The notes under the pieces were generated by a model. That model worked only from the letters and a program-made list of their open reading frames with translations, had not been told where the DNA came from and did not search any database. Shown here in pieces: positions 36,064 through 48,140 of a stretch of 64,000 nucleotides of DNA. Source of the stretch: Eledone cirrhosa. Lineage: Eukaryota. The translations under genes were made by a program, and so were the position numbers. Numbering within the stretch: position 1 is the first letter of the stretch; every line of letters starts with the position of its first letter. The stretch is taken from assembly GCA_964016885.1 (NCBI GenBank), contig OZ024741.1:142972001-143036000 (forward strand), in the 5' to 3' direction.

Positions 36064-36574
36064 ATATATTAATATAAATACAGATGACAGATAAAAGTTC
36101 TTAAATCACTTAATTCTTTACAACTGTTTCAACACAATGAAGATACACACACACACATATTTATATTCATATATGTATATAAATATGTATATAAATATGT
36201 ATATATATGGACAGAAGGAACAAAACCTGCCGACGATGGGATCTCCGGTTCCATTATGGAAGTGCACACATGTATTGCATGTGCATTATGCAACTTGTTA
36301 TGTAACTTCCAGGAGTCCCAGGAACCTATCTGACATGGCCATGGTTAGTTTTCAACCTTTCTGTATTTATCGTTGTTGTGGTATATATGTATGGCCACTG
36401 CCTTTGGTCGTTTTTCTTGGTTTCACAGTTTTTAACTGTTGTGTTTATTCTGGACGATAATGTATTAACATCTCACTCCATTGAGTGCTTTGTGATTGCC
36501 TCAAACAACTCGAATAGTACCAGCTGTATGGCAGTTACAACTTCGATTTATACCTAATATATATATCATCATCT

Positions 36575-36875
36575 AGTCAGACCTGGACACTGTGCAGAAG
36601 ACCTATGAAAATTAGAAAGAAATGAAGCTTGCATGCTCCAATCGATGAAGCGTCAATAAACTGAGAAATAAACTGGGCATGTGCAACGATTGCAGTGGTA
36701 TGGATATGTGATGTGTATGGAAGATGACAGCTTTATAAAAAGGTGCAGGATGCTCAAATTTGAAGGAAACTATGGAAGAGGAAGACTTAGGAAAGCATTG
36801 GATAATGTAATAAAAGTTAACCTTGCACATTTAAACCTCTCAAAGGCGATGACACAGGATCTCTGGTAGTATGCA
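36575..36875 (+). mobile_element. Decayed RTE-B-like RT C-terminal fragment
   Basis: LERNEACML..., RLQWYGYVMCMEDDSFIKRC...GRGRLRK...LSKAMTQDLW. Confidence 0.75.
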
Positions 36876-36899
36876 TGCACAGGATGAATCAAACAAGAG

Positions 36900-38310
36900 C
36901 CCTTCACAGCACACATACAAAGCCCCAAAATATGCTGTTATTCACTAAGCCAGAAGCTATGCACATGCTGTGACTGTAAATTCAGACACCTACTTGGGAC
37001 AAGATGCATGATTCATCAAACAACACCAGTCAAGCCCAAAGCACATATCCTATAATAACATTATCACCATCAAATGCTAAACCAAACTTTAAAACAACTG
37101 CCGCATAACCCAGAAACCTAAAATCTGCTGGTATTCCCAATGTAAGAGATTATGTCTGCAGCGAGATGTTCCTTCACTCATTTTCCAGGGACTCAACATA
37201 CTAGTAAGAATGGTACTCAAAGCCAACACCAAACCCACAGTAAAATCATTGCCTGCTGTAGTAATGCTGGTCCAGACTGTTCCTGAAACTCAGGAAATAT
37301 GCAGGCACGCAATGGGTTCAAAAACACAACCAAAAGTCTCAAACATATTGGAAACCATAATATTATCCAACAGTGCAACTCCAGTCACCAACTGCTCCAT
37401 AAACAAGAAAACTCTTTTTTATCCATTATAAATCTGGCAAAAGAGATACAAAAAATAACCTTCTAGCTATCATACCATACCAACTTCTGATATTACCTCA
37501 GTACCACGCTGCTGTCACTAACCAACAAATCCAAAACAAGACCCTGAAACAACTAGCACCAGCTACTACTCTAGGCTCAACATTACATGCTAACTAAGAA
37601 CCATTTCGTCAACTTCTACTTGGAAGCCGATGTGAGGGTGGAGAATTTTACAACCATCCATGCAAATCATGTCAGAAGAAAGGGAAGAACTGCCATTTTC
37701 CTGCATAGTCCTTTTATAATAGACAGAAATAACATATTTTCCAATGGCTGCTCTGAATCAGTTTCCGTTCACAACAAAGACAATGGTTTGACAGTAGTTG
37801 GGCTATATATGCCACCCCATATGTCTCTATTGTGCTTCAAAAAATGCCTCAAAAGCATTAAGTGTTTAATGCAACAATGCCATTCTGGTAACTTACTATT
37901 GATGGGGGACTTCAACCTTCCTTGGTCAACAAACAGTCTGAAACCAGGTATTTCCCGCTCAACCGCTGACAAAGCAGCAGTAGAGTCACTTTTCCATTTT
38001 ATGGATGAGATTTTCTTGAACCAACAAAATATCACAAAAACATTTTGGACCTCATGTTTTGTAACTTCGTTAACACAATCTACAATACTACAGTGGAGAA
38101 AACTCGCCTTTCAGACCATGACATGATTCTTGGTAACCTGAGATTCCAAACCCAATGACCTCTCTCCAGCCCATCCATTTGATAACCTGGATCTTCATAA
38201 TGCAAACTGACTGGTCTTTCAAATACACACACTCCTCCACCAACATCAAAACATCTTGGCAGACACTTATAAATATATGAGCAAAATATACTCCATCAAG
38301 ATCTGTAAAC
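36900..38310 (+). pseudogene. Decayed CR1/L2-group-like LINE 5' part (AP-endonuclease)
   Basis: ORF 37587-38126 has APE motifs VVGLYMPP and LLMGDFNLP; NILDLMF and SDH appear in shifted frames. Clade assignment tentative. Confidence 0.7.
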
Positions 38311-38311
38311 A

Positions 38312-38750
38312 AATCTTCTTTGCCCATTTATTCCTGAGAGGGTTGTAGAGGCAGAGTCCTCAAACACTCCTTCCAGTGGGTCCTGTCAGAAGCAACTGTC
38401 TCCAACTGATCCGGTTGGATCCCCAAATGAGACCAGCTAAGGTCATGGGATGTTATCCAACTATCTTGCTCGGAGTCTCCTGCTGGTTGGTTTTTGCCTG
38501 TAAAATTTGTCCAGTGATTCTTTCCTGAGACATTTTAACTACATGCCCGTAGTATTGGAGCTGTGATCTCTCAATTCAAAGAAGTAGCAGCTTTACCTGG
38601 GGTGACTCTGATCTCCAAGCTATGCATTCTATTGAGTAACGTTACTCCAAAGACCCTTTGGAGGAACCCTATTTTGGCCACTTGCATTCGCAATCATATT
38701 CTTTTGGTCATTACTCAAGATTCATGACCATAGATAAGGGTTGGCACGAA
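38312..38750 (-). mobile_element. Decayed RTE family C 3' fragment
   Basis: Minus-strand ..HDLSWSHLGIQPDQLETVASDRTHWKECLRTLPLQPSQE*; homologous to 920-1036. Confidence 0.7.
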
Positions 38751-38859
38751 TATGGGTCGCAGTTGGTGGATAGCGATATGGCCACCAGATATGATGGTCA
38801 GTGGCGATATAAGTGGGCAATTGCTAAACGAATAAGCAGCCTCGGACCAATAGTAGTAA

Positions 38860-39550
38860 ACTACTAGGGGAGATGGAGCAATGGGTGACACCTGTAGCTC
38901 CCAAGAAAACTCTTACAACCCAGTGACATAGCTATGACAAGGCGAGTAAAAGCCGCCTCTAAAAATACCTAGTCTTTTGCGGGTTTGACAAAGTATCAGA
39001 TTGGTGTCTGGCGTGAATAAGAACACCAAAACTGCAACATGGTAAGGAACAAAAAAGAACCATACTGCATCGTCAGGCCTTAGGTAGAGGGGCTCGTTTG
39101 AAAAATATATTTCAGTCTCCATCTCATGCTACAAAAACTGGCAATGGGCTTGTGACCTGTCCTGGGAGGTGTGGGATGGACGCACAAGATTGCATATCCC
39201 GAGACCCCAAAGAGGATCCAGAAGGGAGCAAACCTTGACAATTGGAACCTGAAATATCACAACCCTTACAGATAAGGGCTAGATATAATCAGGGTTTCCT
39301 CATCAAAGTTCCGTGGCTCTGATACTGTAGATTTGGATGGAGGATAGAAACTCCATAATTCAGGTGTGTCGCCAGAAATAACTCCATAGGAGTATACTCC
39401 TAAGCTCCCGACTGTCAGAATGTGTCATGGAGTGGATCCGATTAAGGAGGCGGGTTTGCCTCTTGAAGCTTAGGCAGAAAGATAGGTCTCTGTGGGTGGT
39501 GCAGGTTTATGCACGAAACAAGGAGTCTGAATACAGGTCCTTCCTAGATA
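38860..39550 (+). mobile_element. Decayed RTE 5' UTR and endonuclease start
   Basis: IGT*NITTLT at ~39241 and RVCLLKLRQKDRSLWVVQVYARNKESEY (APE VYAP region). Confidence 0.65.
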
Positions 39551-39605
39551 TATATGACATGATATGTATGCTATATATTCAGTATCTCCTTTTATTCCAA
39601 AGAAT

Positions 39606-39707
39606 TTTCCTCTGAAGACAGAATTGTAATTCTTCCAATATTGGATGTTCCAATGTTTTGAAATAATAAATATTGTTTTTTGAATTCCAGAAACTATGGT
39701 TGGGGAA
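39606..39707 (+). ncRNA. Decayed type I hammerhead-like motif (Penelope-type)
   Basis: TTTCCT-CTGAAGA(39612-18)-CAGAATT..long insert..AATTCCA-GAAA(39690-93)-C TATG G TT-GGGGAA. Stem II base is broken in a CpG-decay pattern. Confidence 0.4.
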
Positions 39708-40128
39708 CTATACAAGTAAAAGTGACTTATTTTAGTTGGTCTAGCTTATATCCTGTCAAATTGGGATTTTGGCTTAAGTTTAATATGTTTACATACATAT
39801 ATATATACATATATACATACATCAAAATGTCTTTGGACAAATTCTCCCAAGAAATTCCAGATAAACTCCCTACACTTGGCTATGTCTTCAAAAACAATAA
39901 CTCTCTATTTGAGTAGACCATGGTGTCCAAAACATGACTGAGGTGTGAATTATGATTTGAAACACTTCACCATGTAGTTTTATTAAGTTAGACATGGCCT
40001 GGACTAATACTGGGCGAAACCTATCAAAGTTATCAAAGTAAGTTACATACACACACACACATATATATATATGTCTAACCAATGCTAGCGTGGAAGAACG
40101 GACGTAAAACGGTGATGATGATATATAT

Positions 40129-40216
40129 AAGATTTAATATAGAAATGGCTTCTACATTACTAGAACTGTTTCATTCGAAGGAAATCATCAGGAAAGCCAT
40201 TTCTATATTAAATCTT
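40129..40216 (-). ncRNA. Type I hammerhead ribozyme fold
   Basis: Minus strand: long stem I (23-bp perfect outer arms), CUGAUGA 40191-40185, stem II UUC/GAA closed by U.U, GAAA 40172-40169, quasi-palindromic CAGUUCUAGUAAUG, GUA cleavage triplet. Confidence 0.65.
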
Positions 40217-40772
40217 GTGTATACTCAACTATGTATTGAGTACCTTACTTACTGCGGTTACCCCTAATTGAACCTAGGACACACACACATATATATAGAG
40301 TCTGCAGTGCTGAAACCAGGGAGACCACTAATAATGGGACTACTCAATGCATGGGGAGATGCAACGTAGGTATAGAGATATGTAAAATCCCAATGGTTTG
40401 GGTCCATGATCAAGATCCTACCCCCCCCCCCCCCCCTCTATATATATATATATATATATATATATCTGTATGACGGCTGGATCAGATTTGATCCTTATAA
40501 ATCATGATCAAAATTCACAAAATATAGATTTTATAGTCAGAAAGTCATATTTACCTCCTTTTCATATTATTATTATCAACTTTCCCCTCCTCCCAAAATT
40601 GTTGGCCTTGTGCCTAAATCAGAAACCATTATTATTATTATAATTTTGAGCATCCTTATTATTCTTACAAAACGGAAAACAAATAGGAAAAAAAAGTTAT
40701 TCTGTTAAATTTATTCAGATACAAACAGTATAATACAGTATTTTACCTTAGTTCTTTCTTTCTTTCTCTCAT

Positions 40773-40803
<31 letters not shown>

Positions 40804-41127
40804 TACTCAGTATATGCTGAAACAAAAAAAAAAAAAAGTTTTTCTTACCCCAGAAATTTCCAACATGTCTGAAAATATGATACATCATAAAAAGATATGA
40901 TGCATCATAAAATACATAAGACACATCATAAAATACATATGATGTATCATTAAAAAAATAATAAATGACACATTTCATAAAGAAAATTATTAAAAAAAAT
41001 ATAACTATACATTAATACCTTCAGGTTTTGGCTGTGGGGAAACTCAGAGGAATTTAAATATATACCACTGGTTACTTCTGAGAAAGGGCTAAGTACCTAT
41101 ATATAGATTAGAAGAGAGAGAGGGAGG

Positions 41128-41165
<38 letters not shown>

Positions 41166-41406
41166 TAATAGGAAGTTGTGACATTCCTGCCTTTCCCAAT
41201 GGCTTTTAATGTGACACTTTAGGGACCGAGCCTACATCAAGGACTAGACACACTAGAATCCCAATCTCTTAACTCATGATATCCACCATTCAATAACATA
41301 GAATAATAGATCAAAATATATCATATTGATCACCAATTTATGTTGTTTTTTTTTGTTAATATTAGACATAAAGTGTGTAGAGAGCAGAACAATACTGTTT
41401 ATTATA

Positions 41407-42234
41407 TCAGTTATATACACCTGTTTTTATTATAGTTCTGCAAACACAAGTGTAAATTTTATCTATATATAACTAAGACTGTCAATTGCCCTCACATAAA
41501 CACAAAAAAAAGTGATGAGTGCTGGCCAAAATTAATCACCATCATTATCATCATTAACGTCCATTTTCCATGTTAACAAGGATTGGATGGCTCATCACAG
41601 ACCAAGTCAGTACTTAATTGGAGCTACCGATTTCTCAAATGGATTGAAACTTCATGTCGCTTACATATGTGCCTTTCTGCACTCTACAGGGTGAGAAATG
41701 GCATGCAATCATGGCATCAGCTCTAGAGAGGTCGTCATGTCCTTTGGCAGAACAGAAATCATATATATTACATATATTTATAATATATATTGCATGAAGG
41801 GATGATGACGATGTATAATATACATTGCATATATAACATGTATAGAATATATATATATTCAATATATATCATCATTTTTTACATATGGTTTTCCATGGTA
41901 TCATGGGTTAGATGGGTCCTCACAAACACAGCAGCTCATCACTTTTTTCATTTCTTTGTGAGGCTCAGTGCCCTGAGTTCAGTTTTCACCACTTCTGCCC
42001 ATGTCTTCCTTCCACTTGGATCTGTTGGTAGTTCTTTATTCAACTCTCTTCATCCATATGCATAACATCACTGTACCAACATTGTTTTCTGTTGCCTATT
42101 ATATCTGATTCTCTTACTCAGTTATATACACCTGACCTGTTTTTATTTCTGTAAACACAAGTGTAAATTTTATCTATATATAACTAAGACTGTCAATTGC
42201 CCTCACACAAACATAAAAAAGGGTGATAAATTGG
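41407..42234. repeat. ~115-bp direct repeat flanking minus-strand RTE 3' fragments
   Basis: tcagttatatacacctg...aaacacaagtgtaaattttatctatatataactaagactgtcaattgccctcaca at 41407 and 42118. Confidence 0.85.
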
Positions 42235-45200
42235 CAGAGTTGTTAGAACATTGTATAGAATGCTTTGAAGTGTTTATTTTGGCTCTCTGTGCTCTGAGTT
42301 GAAATCCTGCTGATGCCAACTTTGCCTTTCAAGGTTGATAAAAAAAAATATTAGTCTACTACTGGGGTCAATTCTTTGTCTATATAAGTTTCTTCCCCTC
42401 TCTCTCTCCTTCCGTGGGAAAAATCTACTGTGTTCAGACCTGGAGAGGAGATGGGCTCTGTAAGATTTCAAAAATGTCCAAGAAATGTCATGTGTCACTA
42501 CAGTGCCCCCTCAACTCCAGCAAGAGTTATGGGTATATACAGTACATACATACAAATGCAAAGGGAGGGACTCCAAACAAACACTATCCATGAACTCAAG
42601 CAAATATTGTCCATATACCTAAATTCAAGCTGAACTACCAGATACATACCACACTAGACATAAAATAAAACTAATCACACCCTTCAGAACTATACCCAAA
42701 ACACTCTCAACATCACAACAAAACCTATTCTACTTACTGGTATGGAGGCAATGGACATTATCAGGTCCCAGCTATCATATTACATAATTTATGCCTCCTA
42801 AGTTTCAAAGAACTTTTAAGGATCTATGTTTCTCTTCAATTGCAGTTTTACAGTGTTAAACAGATGATAGATAATCTATCCTGGGATAAAATGCTAGTCT
42901 ATCTCAAGGGAATGTTAATGATTCTCACCAGCTAGGTGAACAGGAGTGCTTACAACACAGTCAACTGCTTAAATATACCATCCCACACTGATAATGAACT
43001 CCTAGTGCCCCGAAAAAAAGCACTCTATAAAGTGGCTATACTGGTACAACAACAAAACACCCAGTCCACCATTTAAGGTGGTCATACTGGTAACACAACA
43101 AATATCACTCAGTCCACCCTGTAAGGTGGTACTGCTGATGCCACAAAAAAAAAAAAGCTCCCAGTCAATGCTGTAAAGCAGTTGGGGTTATAAAGAGCAG
43201 GGCATCTACTCATAGTAAACCAGTACACGACAGTCCGTCTAACCATGGTTTACTATTATTAACTGTGACCCAATAACCTTTTTCATTTTCCATACATTCC
43301 TACTTAATTATCTATCCTTGTTCAATGTAAGAGCTGATAACGATCCTTCTATATTCTCCATCTTACACAGCCATTCTCTGAAACAGGTATGTCTCAGTGC
43401 TTCTATCATTGTGGCTTCTTTACTTTCTATTGTGTTGTATATTTCTCTATGGGTTCTATACTTGTCCTAAAAGTCTAATGGCAGGTTGCCCGATCTTGGT
43501 ATCACAGCCCTTTTGTCACATATTTATTTACAATTTTTATGTTCATCCAACTTGCTTGTTTATCCTGAATGACACCTTAATTTGGAAGTGTTGTCGTGGT
43601 AAGACTCTAAGCTATAGTTTCCCAACTGTTTGCATACCGAAAAACAAGAGGAGTCGGCTGAAGATCGGAATTTTCCTAGTATTCATTTTTTTTTTCACCC
43701 CACTCATTTCTTTGCATTTGATGTATCACATTCCAATGTACACAGTATTCTCTCATCTTTTTTACTTTGGTTTATTTATATATATATATATATATATATA
43801 CATACACACACACACATCGTTTTTATCTGCCTTTGCAGAGGTCACATGGGTTGGAAGTCTTCTCTGCAAGCAGACATGGTTGAAGCCATGACTGTTCCAT
43901 TTGTTTTTTAAGACAATAGGGCCATGTTTTAAGGGAGATTTTGTGGCTATTTCTAGCAGGTTACATGACTGCACAGAAGGATGGGAAGACTTCACAAACA
44001 AATCACTAGATGTAGAAGTTATGGAATGGAATGGACCCCTTTCAGTTTCGGCAATGCAAAGCCTGCACATGAAGTTAATGTGCAAATAGAAGAGCATTTC
44101 ACAGACAGGCATACCCTTAATTTTCAGGGGGATCTCGCATGACACAGAATGTGACAAAGTTGGCCCTTTGATTTACAAGTACAATCCATCCAACAGGTTT
44201 CCAAACAGTCATTGTCTACCAATTTACACTCACATGGCATGGGTCGACCCCAAAGCTATAATATATGGACCTTGCCCAAGATGCCACACAATGAGATTAA
44301 ACCCAGGAACTTATAATTGAAAAGTGAACTTCTTAACCATTCAGCCATGTTTTGTCCACATGGAGAAGATATAAAAGTCTGGATTAACCCTGCGAATCAG
44401 CAGTTTGGCATCTTCAGTCCATGGCCAAAATAAATGATATAGGCTACATAATTTTCAATTTGTAACCTTTAACAAACACAAACAGTTCACTTGATTGCTG
44501 ATCTGTGTGTTGTTGCAATTGTGAAGATCTCAAATGGGTGAGTTATCAGTTCTTTTGTAAATAATCTCCCACTCTCATAAAGAGCTAGTGTCAAGATAAA
44601 ATGCACACAATCAATCCTGTAAAGTGGTGGTGCTGGTGCCACAATAAAGTGCACCCAGCAAAGTGGTAGTGCTGGTGCCACAATAAAAATACGATAAAGT
44701 GCACCCAGTACACACTGTAAGGTGATAAGTGTTATGAAGGGTATCTAGCCAAAGAAACCATGCCAAATATGGGACATATGAGCATGATGAAATCTCTCCA
44801 ACCAGTCCAACCCATGCCAGTGTGGAAGGAAGACATAAAATGATTATGATGATCATATTATCCCCTAATATCATATACCCTTGTGGCCAATAAAAGAAAT
44901 CCTTGATTCTATTATTGTTTCATGATTATTTCTTTTTCCACTCATCATTTCATTGTTCTGCGAGTATTGGATTGCTAGATAACAAACTGCACCCCAGCTT
45001 TCTGTAGAGTCAGAAAATTCATTTCTCTAACTAAACATTAAACTTCTTGTCACTGCCCTTAACTCTCCTGTTACAATTAGAATGAGAACAGTTTTATGAC
45101 AATTCCAGATTCTCTGCATTTCCTATTTTAGGTCAAGGCATAAGTTTTGTTTTACTTTTTACTTTCTCACCTTCTTTGTCTACCTTTCTAGCATCAAACA

Positions 45201-45354
45201 GCCAACATACTCTTTCCTCTTTGAGAATAACAATATTTCAGTGTGAATAATCTATTTGTTTATCTGTTTGAATCTTCATATCCTACAGCACTTGTACATG
45301 GTTGTTTTCAAGTACATGTTTATGGACATACTACTTTTTCACATTTTCAAATTC

Positions 45355-45387
<33 letters not shown>

Positions 45388-47033
45388 TTATTTTTATTGT
45401 GTTGTTACTACATTATCAAGCACAAACAACTGTGTACCTTGGGTATATGCAGTGTTGTTTTATGGTGGTGTTATTTTATCATTATTATTATTTCATATCT
45501 ATCTCAGCTGAATGAATTCATGAGATATGGAAAGGCAGGATAATGTGGGATATAGATAGGTAGATAGATAGACATATAGGTATATAAGTAAAGAAAGAAG
45601 GGGGAGAGATGGAAGTGGTGTGACAGAAGTCTAAAAGATGTTGTAGTTTTGTTGCTCTGCAGAATAATAGCAGAAATTTAGAGAACAAAACACATTAATA
45701 ATGATGGGAAAGGGGCAAAGGATATCTAATAATAATTATAAAAAAGTTAACTAAAATATTTACAAATCATATGTTCAATCAATATTTGGATACAAATTGA
45801 GACAGCCATTAAAATGAACCTGAATTAAAAAAAAAACATGTCCACCAAATTAAAAAAAAATGTTTCTGTGATTAGGAAAAAATAATTTTTTAAGTAAAAA
45901 AAAATTAAAATCCCAAAGACAAAGTTATGAGTTCTATAATTACATATTTTAGTCTAATTTCTGAGGCTTATTACTTGGAATCGTGTCATATATTTTTATG
46001 CACTCTCATGCATACATACATGCATGCATGCACCCACACATGCATACATGCACCCATACATACTCACATATATAGAGATCAGCAGTAGGATCCTTATTGT
46101 TTTTTACTTACATCACAATAATATATCATTCTTTTTTGTTTTTATGTCTATTTTCATATTTTCAAGGAGGGTGTTTTTTCACATCTTTTTTTTTCTACCT
46201 AAATTAAATGTTTTTTTTTTTGGTTTTGGTTAATTTTTTAAAATTCTTATTACAAATGATTGTAGTTGTTTGTTTAATTATTATTTTTGTATGTAGTTGA
46301 TAAAAAAAAATTTTTTTGAGAAGGGCAAGGTCCATTTTTTTTTTGCTTGTTTAAATTTTTCTTTTCTCGTGCAAAGACAAAAAAATAAATAAAAATAATT
46401 CTGAAATGTTAAGTTGTTAGGAAAAAAAATAAGAATGATAAAATAAATAAAAGAAAAAGAAAGGATAAAGACCAAGAAAAAGTCTGCCAAAGTAGAGGCA
46501 TAAAACATTCACTTGTAGAGACTTACAGTGACACCTAACAGCGGTATTAAGCCACAGAAAGATGATGGCAGAGAAACAAATCTTACGTCACAGCCAGGGT
46601 CATTATTTTTTTTTAAGGGGTTACGACAGGGATGGGGAGTAAGAGGTTTGTTGTTTTGGTGTAGTTTTTTGGTTTCTTTGTTCTGGTTGGTTGTTGTTGC
46701 TTGTCACGAAGAATAGTAAGGTAATCCAATATTGGTGGCATCGACATCAATTGTAGCAGAAGAAGAAAAAAATATGGCAATGACAATGAAGAGCAGCAAT
46801 GGCATCCTCAGCACCACTACCGCTAATCATCATCCTCCATTGTTGTATTATCCATCATTATGTTGTTGGTTGGTTTAGTAAATATCCATATGGCATTCAT
46901 CACACTTCACATGCAGTAGCAATCTTGATAAGGCACAAAAAATCCACTCTTGGTGAAAGTAAAGATTTTTTTGGTTGTCTTAAGAAATGTAGATATGTTT
47001 AATTAAAAAAAACAAAATTCCCATACCATATTC

Positions 47034-47037
47034 TTAC
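47034..47037 (-). CDS. Tentative terminal exon start (G + TAA stop) of the minus-strand gene
   Basis: tttctttctctttatattttcag|GTAAG is a strong acceptor and completes CT|G = Leu, then stop. Followed by ~2 kb of SINE-free, 3'-UTR-like sequence (~44900-47033). Confidence 0.5.
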
Positions 47038-47859
47038 CTGAAAATATAAAGAGAAAGAAATATCATTATCATCATTAAAATCACTATTTGTCTTTATTGC
47101 ATATATTTACATTTGGTATAGAAACATTTATTATTATTATTATTATTATTATAAAATAAAGTACCAGTAATGTACTGGGTAATTGCTGGCCTTGTGCCTA
47201 AAGTAGAAACAATTATTATTATTATTATTATTATGACAGTGGATTGGCAGAAACGGTAGAGCATCAGACAAAATGCTTTGTGGCATTTAGTTATGACATT
47301 CTACATTCCAAGTTCAAATCCCACCGAGGTTAACTTCGCCTTTCATCCTTACAGGGTTGATAAAATGAAGTCAATTTAATTGACTTTCCCCTTACCTTCA
47401 AATTGCTGGCCTTATGCCAAATGTAGAAACAATTATTAATATTATTATTAAAATAATTATGAAATATGAAGACAAGCATTTTAAGGCCATTTTACCTGCT
47501 AAAGCAGAAGTTATACATACTTGTGGGCCTCATCCTCATGTTTTTATGCCAGAGTAGAATGGCATTTCAGTAATGTTTAGCAGATTTTATTATCTTCTTT
47601 CATGTTTCTGAGCCATAGGTGGAAGTGGGACGAAGGACAACACTCATTGTTCATTTCAATCCTTCTTTACTAAGAGTATGTAAACAGCAGGGGAATTAAG
47701 CTTGAAATGATGTCTAGTTTAACATCACTAGTTGGCTATTGGCTACCCATAGCAGAATTGTATTTGAACAGTTGCATCCAAACAGAGCCCAATAATCTCC
47801 CACCCAGTACTCAGAAAACTGAACAAAAGATTAGATTAACTTCTAATCATTGTCTTGGA

Positions 47860-48140
47860 AACAGCTGATGCAAGACCATCAAGAAACAGCTTAACAAAGA
47901 TCACCACTCTCAAACAAATTTTTGAATAGATCAGCTAACTAAGACCAATACTCTCAAATCAAATCTATTAATAGGCCAGCTGACGTAAGACCACCACTCT
48001 CTAACAAAATCTATGATGGAAACAGTTAAAGTAAGACCACCACTCAAATAACAAAATCTATGATGGAAACAGCTTAACAAAGATGAACATTCTCTAACTA
48101 AATCTATGACTGTAACAAAGTAAGACCATTACCCACTAAT
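47860..48140 (+). repeat. Degenerate ~45-bp minisatellite (taagaccaccactct..caaaatctatgatggaaacagct)
   Basis: About six recurrences of aagacca...actc...aaatctat. Confidence 0.75.

Noticed and set aside
39030-39080. Minus-strand CUGACGA followed by an 11-bp stem
   Set aside because: Followed by GUUU rather than GAAA, so no hammerhead core.
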